From contig CALBDR010000293.1 in NCBI GenBank assembly GCA_937927525.1, positions 1 to 47,958 on the forward strand: a stretch of DNA of 47,958 nucleotides, given 5' to 3'. The DNA is from an uncultured Candidatus Melainabacteria bacterium (GTDB lineage Bacteria > Cyanobacteriota > Vampirovibrionia > LMEP-6097). The notes beneath the pieces were generated by a model that saw only the letters and a program-made list of their open reading frames with translations, was not told the DNA's origin and did not search any database. How positions within the stretch are numbered: the stretch's first letter is position 1; every line of letters begins with the position of its first letter. This document shows positions 8,344-16,504 of the stretch, one piece after another. A program made the position numbers and the translations under genes.

Positions 8344-9720
8344 TCAATAAATAGACTGGGACAACCATGCAACAATGGTTCCCTTTAACTCTTTTTTATC
8401 TAAGTTTTTAGATTTTGCTAGATATCGGTCACTCTCTGTTGCCATTTGCTGAACTGGTCGCAGATCATAAACATAGCGCTCATTGTCCCGAGAACAATTA
8501 TGGGTATATTGTCCCAGATAAAAATTACAGGTTTTTACTGCTAAATTATCATCACTAGATAAGCCAAAACCTCGACACAATAATGGTCTTGCCTCATATA
8601 TAGAGCAGCGCTTATCTATTAAAAAAGGACAAGAATACTTAAATCCATGAGGGTTCTCTACACCTTTTTTTCGATTCTCAATAAAAGACTTATCTATAAT
8701 TTTTAGCTCATCACCAAACTTAGCTTTATGTTCATTTTGAATTTGTCTAGCACGCTCACGAACTTCTTCTAATGGATAATCATTTTTTTCAGCCCAATCT
8801 TTTAGATACAAATATTCAGTCAGACTCATATGCGGTGAAGTGTAATTACAGCAATCAGAGCAATTAAAGTAGGCACAAGTATCTTCATGAAGACCAGTTG
8901 TCTCAAGAACCTCTTTCTGAGTACTTACAACCTCATCTAAAACTTGCCCCCAGTTACTTAAAGTCTCTGCGGCAGGAAAATAACTAGGGTTCGCTTTAGG
9001 GCGCATTTCTGGAGATAAGTCGATGCTAATATCTGCCGGCATAATCTTACGATATCTCATCATATATTCTTCAGATTTTTCCTTATCCCCAGTAACTCGA
9101 TAATAAAAAGCAAGCAACCTTACTCGTTCGGCTTCCTGCCTCTGTTCAATATTTTCTACTCCGTTGCAAAAATCAATAAATTTAAAATTCAATAACTCAT
9201 CAGCAAGCTGCTGATATTTTTCTTTAATTCTAAATTCTAAAATATACTGAGAGTAGTAAAAAGTAATATCAGGCAAAATATTTTTTAATGAATAAAACTC
9301 AAAATTATCTAGTGTTTTTTGAGTTTGTTCAGAAAAAGTAATATTTACCTTTAAGACATGAAAGAATTCCACTAAGATTTTAGCTAAACTCTGAGAGAGA
9401 CGCTTTCTAGTATGTGCATCGACAAAATTAGGAATAAAATGATTTGCCTGCAAAACCTTACCTTGAAGTATATACACATAAGTCCATAGAATTTTTATTT
9501 CTTTCTCAGCTAAATTTTCTGGTCTTTCTAATATTTGATTTTCAAACTCTAAAAATTCCTCAAAAATCAAAAGTTTCATAAATTTTCGAAAGTTTTTAGA
9601 ATACCTATGTCTATACTTTTTCTCTTCCTCAAGACACACTGAATAATAGTCATTGAACTCATCTCGATTGAAATCAGCACAGCCAGAATTTTCAATTTTT
9701 AAGCAATCTAATGAATCCAT
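8344..9720 (-). CDS. CxxCxxCC / YkgJ-family (putative Zn- or Fe-S-binding) domain protein with helical N-terminal half; possible flagellin-modifying enzyme
   Basis: The C-terminal half carries C-x4-C-x2-CC (CAYFNCSDCC) and later CPFLIDKRCSIYEARPLLCRGFG. This is the pattern I recall for Pfam PF03692, the family that contains Salmonella flagellin lysine-N-methylase FliB. The gene lies immediately upstream of the flagellin genes on the same strand. Confidence 0.6.
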   Translation of the reverse strand: MDSLDCLKIENSGCADFNRDEFNDYYSVCLEEEKKYRHRYSKNFRKFMKLLIFEEFLEFENQILERPENLAEKEIKILWTYVYILQGKVLQANHFIPNFVDAHTRKRLSQSLAKILVEFFHVLKVNITFSEQTQKTLDNFEFYSLKNILPDITFYYSQYILEFRIKEKYQQLADELLNFKFIDFCNGVENIEQRQEAERVRLLAFYYRVTGDKEKSEEYMMRYRKIMPADISIDLSPEMRPKANPSYFPAAETLSNWGQVLDEVVSTQKEVLETTGLHEDTCAYFNCSDCCNYTSPHMSLTEYLYLKDWAEKNDYPLEEVRERARQIQNEHKAKFGDELKIIDKSFIENRKKGVENPHGFKYSCPFLIDKRCSIYEARPLLCRGFGLSSDDNLAVKTCNFYLGQYTHNCSRDNERYVYDLRPVQQMATESDRYLAKSKNLDKKELKGTIVAWLSQSIY

Positions 9721-9780
9721 TTAACTTATTATTCCTCAAAATCTTGGCCTTTGGGCCTTTTACCTGTAAGATAGAGTTGT

Positions 9781-10767
9781 ATGCCTAGCTACTGTACAGT
9801 TTGTGGTGTAAAATTAACCGCTAAAAATAGAATTTCATATAGACCTAGTTCATGTAGAGACTGTGAATTAGAACGTAAAAGATTATATTCACTTAAAAGA
9901 AAACTCCAAAAAGAACAGGAAAATGCAGCTAAGGGTGCTAAAACTACTAAAACTAAAGCTAAAGAAGAGAAAAAGTCTACTAAAACTAAGGTAGTTAAAG
10001 GTACCAGTGCTACCAAAGCAAAAATAGTAACTAAAGTACCGACAAAAGCCAAGGCTGCAGCCAAGTCCACAGCTACGACTCGAGCAAAACGTTCTACAAG
10101 TAAAGCTTCAACAACAAAAACGACAGCAGCTAAAACTAAATCAGCTGCTGTCAAGAAGGAAGTTAAAGTTAAAGTTAAAGCTAAAACAAAGACAACGAAC
10201 AAAGAAATTAAAGCTAAAACAACTACTAAAGCTAAAGCCACTGCTGTTAAAGCCAAGGCAGCAGAAGAAAAAGAAACTAAAGCTAAAACAACAAAAGCAA
10301 AAGCAAAAGAACCAACTAAAATAACAGCTACTAAAAAAGAAGAAACTAAAGTTAAGGAAAGTAAAGCATCTGCAAAATATAAAGCTGTAGAAAAAACAGA
10401 GAAAAAAGAAGCTAATCCATTTGTTGCTTTACCTTCTTACATAAAAGATTCTGCAAAAATTAAAGTCAAGAAAAGAAGACTATCTAAAGATAAAAAATCA
10501 AGTTCAACTTCAGCAAAAGAACTTCCATCATTATCTTCAGAAGGTGATGCTAGCCACATTTTTTCTTTAGGCAAAGAATTATCAGAAGATGATTTATTAA
10601 GAGCCCCATCTGAAACACCATGGGATAGCTCTAGCTTTAAAATCGTAAGTGGAAGTACCGTTGAACATGGGGTAGAAGACCAGGAAGAAAGTAGAGGTCC
10701 AAGCCCTGAAGAAATTAAAAATATTATTGAAAAAATAAGACTAGAGCACAAAACAAGAAGGAGTTAG
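9781..10767 (+). CDS. zinc-ribbon protein with long Lys/Ala/Thr-rich (histone H1-like) low-complexity region and acidic/Ser-rich C-terminus
   Basis: N-terminus has CTVCG...x17...CRDCE (a CxxC...CxxC ribbon). Residues about 50-215 are almost entirely K/A/T/E repeats (KAKTTKAKA etc.). The stop lies 1 nt before the secretin ATG, with GGAG inside the 3' end acting as its RBS. Confidence 0.6.
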   Translation: MPSYCTVCGVKLTAKNRISYRPSSCRDCELERKRLYSLKRKLQKEQENAAKGAKTTKTKAKEEKKSTKTKVVKGTSATKAKIVTKVPTKAKAAAKSTATTRAKRSTSKASTTKTTAAKTKSAAVKKEVKVKVKAKTKTTNKEIKAKTTTKAKATAVKAKAAEEKETKAKTTKAKAKEPTKITATKKEETKVKESKASAKYKAVEKTEKKEANPFVALPSYIKDSAKIKVKKRRLSKDKKSSSTSAKELPSLSSEGDASHIFSLGKELSEDDLLRAPSETPWDSSSFKIVSGSTVEHGVEDQEESRGPSPEEIKNIIEKIRLEHKTRRS

Positions 10768-10768
10768 C

Positions 10769-12394
10769 ATGAGCTTAAAGCGTTTAGCATTGATAGGAAC
10801 ACTAATATTAAGTCCATTTATTGCGCTTACGTGTTTCAAAACACCTAAAGTCCAAGCTGCTAAACAAAGTTCAAAAACTGAAAGTCAGACTCCAGGCAAT
10901 CTTATAAATTTCTCAGCAAGAAATGTTCCTGTAAGAGATGCCTTTGCTACCCTAGCTAGAATCTCGGGGAAAAGTATCACTGTGAGTGGTGATATTCAAG
11001 ACAGACAGACAATTTCAGTAGTAGAAATTAATGATCTAAGTTTCAATGATGCATTTATGAACTTGGTAAGAGCTGCTGGAGTTGATTTTGTTGCAAGGGG
11101 AGATAATAATTTTACTATTCTTAGAGCTAATAGTAGGTCAGATATCAAGCTTTTTTCGAGTTTGGAATCTAGTATTATTGATACTGAGTTACCTTTAGAA
11201 GATAGAAGGACCGACTTAGTATACGACAACCAAGATATATCAAGCATTGTAAAAGACTTGGCTAATATGTATGGGGTCGATATAATACTCACAGCTCAAC
11301 CTACAGAAAGAGTCACTGTGAAACTAAAAGATGTTAACATTGATGAAGCCTTAACTTTGGTTTTAGCTGGTAGTCAATTCAAGCATACTAAAAGTGGTGA
11401 AGCATATGTTCTTTATAACAGCGCTAATAAAAATTTCAGCTTATATAATGAAACAGCATTTATACCACTAAACTATATTGATGCTAAAGAAATACTCAAG
11501 TTCTTACCTGAAGATATAAAAAAATTAGCGAAATCTAGTGAAAAACAAAATGCTCTTATAGCTGATGGCTCAGCTGAAGATATTGAAAAATTGCGTAATT
11601 TTGTAAAGGCTGTCGATCAGCCAATACCTCAAGTAGAGCTTGATGTAAAGCTTGTAGAAATGTCTGAAAGCTTGAACCGTGCTTTAACTCCATATGCTGA
11701 CACATTTAACTTAGGTAGGGTAGGAACCACAATATCCAATGAAGCTACTGGTGCTGATACCACTGATTTACTTGATGGAGCTGGTTTTGATCTAAATTTT
11801 GATGATGATAACTTCTTTATTTTTAATACAAGACCTTCTTATAGCCAAAACTCAGCAAATGCACAAATTAAAGTTAGCCAAAAGCTATTAGTAACTAGTG
11901 GTAAAAGTGCACAAATCAACTTTGACCAAGATATTAACGTCGTTCTAAATGCAGCAAACCCTGGCGGTGGTGGACAAGCCGTTGGAGTTGTTCAAACCCA
12001 ACAAATACAAAAAGTAACTGCTGGTAATTCGTTGAGTATCACTCCTATTGTAGGTCACGGGGGTATTATTACTGTTGAAGTCGAAGTCGAAGTATCAGCA
12101 AACGGAGATATAAACCCTAACACAGGTGTCCCTGTAAGTACGACTAGAAGAAGAATTACTTCAGAAGTCCAAATTCCAAATCATAAAACCATTGTAATTG
12201 GTGGTATCTTTGATGACCAAAAAACAAGATCTACATCAAATGAAATTCCGATTTTAAGTAGAATACCAATAATTGGTAACCTATTCGGTAACACTTCTAG
12301 AGCTAAAGCTCAAACTGAGCTAATGATCTTAATTACCCCTCATGTTAAAGATGCTGACAGTAATATTCTTCAGAAATTTTACTCAACAACATAA
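10769..12394 (+). CDS. secretin (PilQ/GspD superfamily outer-membrane channel)
   Basis: Signal peptide, then two N0/STN-like repeats (NVPVRDAFATLARISGKSITVSGD...; DISSIVKDLANMYGVDIILT...), an N1-like domain, and the C-terminal secretin signature (VIGGIFDD...EIPILSRIPIIGNLFG......ELMILITPHV). Confidence 0.87.
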   Translation: MSLKRLALIGTLILSPFIALTCFKTPKVQAAKQSSKTESQTPGNLINFSARNVPVRDAFATLARISGKSITVSGDIQDRQTISVVEINDLSFNDAFMNLVRAAGVDFVARGDNNFTILRANSRSDIKLFSSLESSIIDTELPLEDRRTDLVYDNQDISSIVKDLANMYGVDIILTAQPTERVTVKLKDVNIDEALTLVLAGSQFKHTKSGEAYVLYNSANKNFSLYNETAFIPLNYIDAKEILKFLPEDIKKLAKSSEKQNALIADGSAEDIEKLRNFVKAVDQPIPQVELDVKLVEMSESLNRALTPYADTFNLGRVGTTISNEATGADTTDLLDGAGFDLNFDDDNFFIFNTRPSYSQNSANAQIKVSQKLLVTSGKSAQINFDQDINVVLNAANPGGGGQAVGVVQTQQIQKVTAGNSLSITPIVGHGGIITVEVEVEVSANGDINPNTGVPVSTTRRRITSEVQIPNHKTIVIGGIFDDQKTRSTSNEIPILSRIPIIGNLFGNTSRAKAQTELMILITPHVKDADSNILQKFYSTT

Positions 12395-12399
12395 ACACT

Positions 12400-12879
12400 A
12401 TGAATAAAAGAATATTCTTATTTTTACTAATATCATTGAGCATAAATTTTGCTCCTGCAAATGCATTCTGGGGCTTTTACGATTCAAGGCAAGACGAGCC
12501 TGAAATAGAATTAGTTCTTAGACAAGTTCCTAAAACCCCATTGAGGATCATAAAACATAAAATGAAAGACTCAGGGGTCAATCAGCTACATGTTAAAGAA
12601 GTGGCTCAAACCTTTATTTTCAAAGTAAAAAATGTCAGTAAGCAAAATATAATCTCCTACAAAATAGGAATGAAAGAATATCATCCTTTTCAAGAAGTTA
12701 AAAGCAAAGAATTTTTTATTAGTTCTGTAAAAAAATTAAAACCAAAACAAACTAATAAAAACTATGATCAGAGAATAATCAACGAAAATATTGATACTCT
12801 TTACATAGCCACCGTGGATGAAGTACTTTTTGAAGATGGTACAGTCTGGAATGCTAAGCAAGGTATAATAAAACCTTAA
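12400..12879 (+). CDS. hypothetical secreted protein (159 aa)
   Basis: Sec-type signal peptide (MNKRIFLFLLISLSINFAPANA|F) with no lipobox Cys. It starts 5 nt after the secretin stop. No recognisable family. Confidence 0.5.
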   Translation: MNKRIFLFLLISLSINFAPANAFWGFYDSRQDEPEIELVLRQVPKTPLRIIKHKMKDSGVNQLHVKEVAQTFIFKVKNVSKQNIISYKIGMKEYHPFQEVKSKEFFISSVKKLKPKQTNKNYDQRIINENIDTLYIATVDEVLFEDGTVWNAKQGIIKP

Positions 12880-12882
12880 ATC

Positions 12883-13056
12883 ATGTCAGAAGAAATACTA
12901 GACGCTGAAGCAAGTACTTTAAATAAAAATAGTGGTCCTATTGATCATTTAAAACATTTATTAAAGATAGGTTGGGCATTAGACTCACCTTTAATTCAAT
13001 CTTTTGTTGAAAAACATAATCTCCACAGGGAATTAAAGCAATTACAAAATGACTAA
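12883..13056 (+). CDS. unannotated small ORF (57 aa), hypothetical
   Basis: My own translation: MSEEILDAEASTLNKNSGPIDHLKHLLKIGWALDSPLIQSFVEKHNLHRELKQLQND. It starts 3 nt after the previous stop, and its stop overlaps the next ATG (ATGACTAA, 8-nt overlap). It falls below the ORF-track length cut-off. Confidence 0.35.
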   Translation: MSEEILDAEASTLNKNSGPIDHLKHLLKIGWALDSPLIQSFVEKHNLHRELKQLQND

Positions 13057-13861
13057 TAATCAAGTACTTAACCAAGAACTTGTTAAATACTTTTATGATT
13101 TTTTATCCGAAAAAAGTCATAAAACAGACTCTGCTATTCATAAAATCATTCTAGATCTTAAAAAGTTTATCGAGAGAATTGAAGATACTCTAATTAGCCC
13201 AGACTCTATTAGAGAGTATATATTCTTGCTAAAAGATGAATATAATCCATCTACATATAAAGTTAAATTAAGCAGTCTAAGACAGTTCTGTAACTGGTTA
13301 GACCTTAAAGACAACCCCTTTTACTATGCCAATGAATTTGAAATAATTGAAGATGAAGAAAAAGAAAACTATTACAATGAAGAAGAGTATCATAACCTCA
13401 AGAAAGAACTTAGCTTCATAGAAAAACTCATAGTTACTTTAATATATGAACTATATCTATCAGTAGATGATTTTTATAACTTAAGCTTAGCTAACTTTAA
13501 CTTTGCAAATCTAAGTTTTAAAATCAGGGAGACTTCTATAAAGTTAAGTAATGATTTAGCAAAAGCTACAAAAGACTTTGTTAGAAGCTTGAGCCAGCAA
13601 GGCTTAGAGTATAAAATTTTTAGCCTAGACCCTATCAGTAATGAAGAAATCAGTCTAGAAAAAATATTTAAAAGAAATAATTTATCTATAAAGAAGTTAA
13701 GAAGATCGAGGATTGTTCATCTACTTAATTCAGGACTTAGCTTAGATGAAGTAAACAGCTTACTTGGCTTAAAGTTAGGTGCAAGCTATGAAAAATTTGA
13801 AACTCAGAAAAAAGATTATGTCTTGCTAAAAGAGTTTAAAAGTTTTCACCCTCGGGGCTAA
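13049..13861 (+). CDS. XerC/XerD-like tyrosine-recombinase-fold protein with degenerate catalytic residues
   Basis: N-terminal SAM-like region (YKVKLSSLRQFCNWL). The C-terminal part aligns by eye with XerD (LRRSRIVHLLNSGLSLDEVNSLLGL vs [25 protein letters not shown]) and ends in FHPRG, like the Xer ending HPRA. Expected Arg-I, His and Tyr positions are substituted. Confidence 0.65.
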   Translation: MTNNQVLNQELVKYFYDFLSEKSHKTDSAIHKIILDLKKFIERIEDTLISPDSIREYIFLLKDEYNPSTYKVKLSSLRQFCNWLDLKDNPFYYANEFEIIEDEEKENYYNEEEYHNLKKELSFIEKLIVTLIYELYLSVDDFYNLSLANFNFANLSFKIRETSIKLSNDLAKATKDFVRSLSQQGLEYKIFSLDPISNEEISLEKIFKRNNLSIKKLRRSRIVHLLNSGLSLDEVNSLLGLKLGASYEKFETQKKDYVLLKEFKSFHPRG

Positions 13862-14121
13862 CTAGCCTCTGGCTCAGCGAGAGAATGTCCTGTAGCCATT
13901 TCTAATGCTCTTTCTAATGTAGCTGCTTTATTCTGAATTTGTCTAATTTCTTCTATCAGAACTTGGTTTTGAATTTTTAGCTTTTTACTTTCATCTTGGT
14001 TAATAAAGTTCTTAGCTGTTAAACCAGGGAGACCGAAGTGCTTAGCAAAAGTTATTAGGACTGAAGCGCTTAAAGCTCCTGCTAAAAAACCAACTAATCC
14101 ACTGCCTAATAATTCTTCCAT
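13858..14121 (-). CDS. hypothetical protein (87 aa; N-terminal hydrophobic segment plus coiled-coil)
   Basis: ORF convergent with, and overlapping by 4 nt, the Xer-like gene. No recognisable family. Confidence 0.4.
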   Translation of the reverse strand: MEELLGSGLVGFLAGALSASVLITFAKHFGLPGLTAKNFINQDESKKLKIQNQVLIEEIRQIQNKAATLERALEMATGHSLAEPEAS

Positions 14122-14287
14122 TTATTGCCCTTTCTCTTTATTTTAACAATTATCCCTGAGCCGTATTAAAATACTGGTACGAAAGTACTTAGTCCCTCAT
14201 AAGTTTAAGATAGGATAAAGAATATTTACGTAAAGTGAAATTGTGATATTATCTTGAAAATTTACTTTTTAGCTAAAATACTAACTA

Positions 14288-15460
14288 GTGAAAGATCTAC
14301 TAATCGAACTAGCAAATATAAACTCATATTCATATAACTTAGAAGGCTTAGAAAAAGTAAAAGACCTGCTTAAAAGCTGGTATCTAGAACTTAATGAAAA
14401 ATTCTCACACTTAAATCTTAAGTTTAGGGAAATTGAACTGAAGCCGCAAAGCTTAGTAAACAAAGCAGGAAAGCTTGAAGAACAAAAGCTTGGAAAAGCT
14501 TTATTAATCACGAAAGAAGTCAACCCAGACCTACCTTCAGTATTATTAATGGGACACATGGATACAGTCTTCCCTCCTACAATAGGTTTTAATGAATGTA
14601 AAGATTTAGGAAATGGCATCATGAATGGACCTGGAGTTTCAGATCTGAAAGGTGGTCTAGTAGTTATGCTTAAAGCTTTAGAAAAATTTGAAGCTAGCCC
14701 AGAAGCAGAGAAACTTAATTGGCAAGTCTTCTTTAATCCAGATGAAGAAATCGGCTCACCTGGTTCAAGTGAAATTTTCTCACAGGTAGCAAAACATAAT
14801 AAATGGGGTTTAATCTATGAACCTAGTCTGCCAGATGGTTCTTTTACTTATAGAAGGAAGGGAGCTGCTAATTATCAGTTAGTAATACGCGGCAAAGCCG
14901 CGCATGTCGGCAGAGCCTTCGGTGAAGGTATAAGTGCAATTTCTATTGCAGCAGAGTTTATTAATGCAGGTAATGTCTTAAATGAAGATCCTAATGTCAT
15001 TATTAACTTTGGGAAAATCGAAGGTGGTGGACCTTTAAACATAGTTCCTGACTTAGCAATATTAGGATTCAACATTAGAATCGAAGAAAACACTGACGAG
15101 GAAAGAGTTTTAAAAACAATTAATGAACTAATAGGGAAACTAAAAAACAAATACCCTGGTGCTGAATTCAATCTTCACGGAAAATTTAACCGTAAACCTA
15201 AAATCCCAAACGAGAAATTAGATTCTTTATATACTATTCTAGAAGAGTGTTGTAGTGAATTAAACCTGAGCTACAAAACGCGAAACACAGGTGGTTGCTG
15301 CGATGGCAACAATATGTGGGAGTATGGACTTCCAAATATCGATACATTAGGTGTAAGAGGAAAAGACATTCATAGTACTGATGAAATCATTTATTTAGAC
15401 TCACTTGAAGAAAGAAGAGAATTATCTTACCTATTATTAAAGCGACTAGCGCTGATATAA
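14288..15460 (+). CDS. M20 family metallopeptidase (carboxypeptidase G2 / ArgE / DapE-like amidohydrolase)
   Basis: Has GHMDTVFP, GPGVSDLKGG, NPDEEIGSPGS and a dimerisation-domain-like middle, all typical of M20 hydrolases. GTG start. It is the first gene of the AST-like cluster. Confidence 0.8.
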   Translation: MKDLLIELANINSYSYNLEGLEKVKDLLKSWYLELNEKFSHLNLKFREIELKPQSLVNKAGKLEEQKLGKALLITKEVNPDLPSVLLMGHMDTVFPPTIGFNECKDLGNGIMNGPGVSDLKGGLVVMLKALEKFEASPEAEKLNWQVFFNPDEEIGSPGSSEIFSQVAKHNKWGLIYEPSLPDGSFTYRRKGAANYQLVIRGKAAHVGRAFGEGISAISIAAEFINAGNVLNEDPNVIINFGKIEGGGPLNIVPDLAILGFNIRIEENTDEERVLKTINELIGKLKNKYPGAEFNLHGKFNRKPKIPNEKLDSLYTILEECCSELNLSYKTRNTGGCCDGNNMWEYGLPNIDTLGVRGKDIHSTDEIIYLDSLEERRELSYLLLKRLALI

Positions 15461-15484
15461 TGATTCTTCAGCAGGTTAATATTT

Positions 15485-16504
15485 GTGGATTTTCTTATTC
15501 GACCAATTGAAAAGTCAGATTTAGACGCTATCTTTGAGTTAGCGAAACAAACAGGACCTGGAATGACCAGTCTACCTGCAGATAAAGTTTTACTCTCAAA
15601 AAAAATCCAAGAGTCAGAGAATGCTTTTAAAATCGAACCTTTAAGCCCAGGAAGTGAGTCCTATAGGTTGGTAATGGAAGTAGACTCAGAAATAGTAGGT
15701 ATTGCTGGTATTAGGGCTAAGACTGGTGGTTTCGAACCTTTCTATTCCTATGAAATGAAACATGCAAGACACAGTTCTCCATCTCTAAAAGTAGATAAAG
15801 AAATTCCTTATCTAGAACTTTCTCAAGAATACGACGGTCCAACGATAATAGGCTCATTATTCCTTTCTCCGAAAATGCGTGGACATGGCTTAGGAGGCTT
15901 CTTAAGCTATAGTCGTTTTATGTTCATGGCAGACCATCCTGAAAGATTCACTGATGAAGTAATTGCAGAAATGCGTGGAGTGATTAATGAGGATGGCAAA
16001 TCCCCTTTCTGGGAGGCTACTGTGAGACACTTCTTTAATATTGAATATGATGAAGCTGACTACCTAAGTGCTAAAGACAAGGGGTTTATAGGAGATTTAA
16101 TGCCGAAATATCCTATCTACATTCCATTACTTAGAGATGAAGCGATAGAAGTTATTGGTGAAGTTCACAAACATACTAAACCTGCCCTAAAATACCTTAT
16201 GGATGAAGGTTTCAAAAGAGATGCCCACGTCGACATATTTGATGCCGGTCCTAGAATTATTGCTAAAACTAGTGAAATCAAGACTATAAAAGAATCAGAA
16301 TCTAAGCAAATCACTGCTGTAATGGATACTAAAGATATCGATAATTGCTCAGATTATATAATTTCCAATTCAAGAATTGATTTCAGATTATCTAAAGCAA
16401 AGGTATTATTCTGTGAAAATAATCAAATTGCCCTTCAGCAAAAAGATATGTACAAATTAGGAGTTAAACTTGGTGATTATGTTCGAATCCGTAAATCCAT
16501 CTAA
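15485..16504 (+). CDS. astA: arginine N-succinyltransferase
   Basis: Collinear with E. coli AstA as I recall it: IRPIEKSDLDAIFELAKQTGPGMTSLPAD, SRFMFMADHPERFTDEVIAEMRGVINEDGKSPFWE, LMPKYPIY, DIFDAGP. Confidence 0.9.
   Translation: MDFLIRPIEKSDLDAIFELAKQTGPGMTSLPADKVLLSKKIQESENAFKIEPLSPGSESYRLVMEVDSEIVGIAGIRAKTGGFEPFYSYEMKHARHSSPSLKVDKEIPYLELSQEYDGPTIIGSLFLSPKMRGHGLGGFLSYSRFMFMADHPERFTDEVIAEMRGVINEDGKSPFWEATVRHFFNIEYDEADYLSAKDKGFIGDLMPKYPIYIPLLRDEAIEVIGEVHKHTKPALKYLMDEGFKRDAHVDIFDAGPRIIAKTSEIKTIKESESKQITAVMDTKDIDNCSDYIISNSRIDFRLSKAKVLFCENNQIALQQKDMYKLGVKLGDYVRIRKSI

Noticed and set aside
9789-10256. 155-aa (and 10437-10751, 104-aa) antisense ORFs opposite the Lys/Ala/Thr-rich gene
   Set aside because: They are mirror images of the AAA/GCT/ACT codon repeats, translating to L/A/V/F runs. 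This is an artefact of low-complexity coding sequence on the other strand.
9925-10400. Short periodic DNA repeats (aaagctaaa / actaaagct) that could superficially resemble a repeat array
   Set aside because: They are in-frame codon repeats of a low-complexity protein region. There is no repeat-spacer periodicity of 25-40 nt and no cas genes, so this is not a CRISPR array.
9781-13861. The idea that secretin plus a Xer-like gene marks an integrated filamentous phage (inovirus encoding pIV and using Xer recombination)
   Set aside because: There is no Zot/pI-type ATPase, no replication initiator, no small coat-protein genes, no flanking dif-like direct repeats that I could see, and the composition matches the surroundings. 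The secretin also has PilQ-like duplicated N0 domains.
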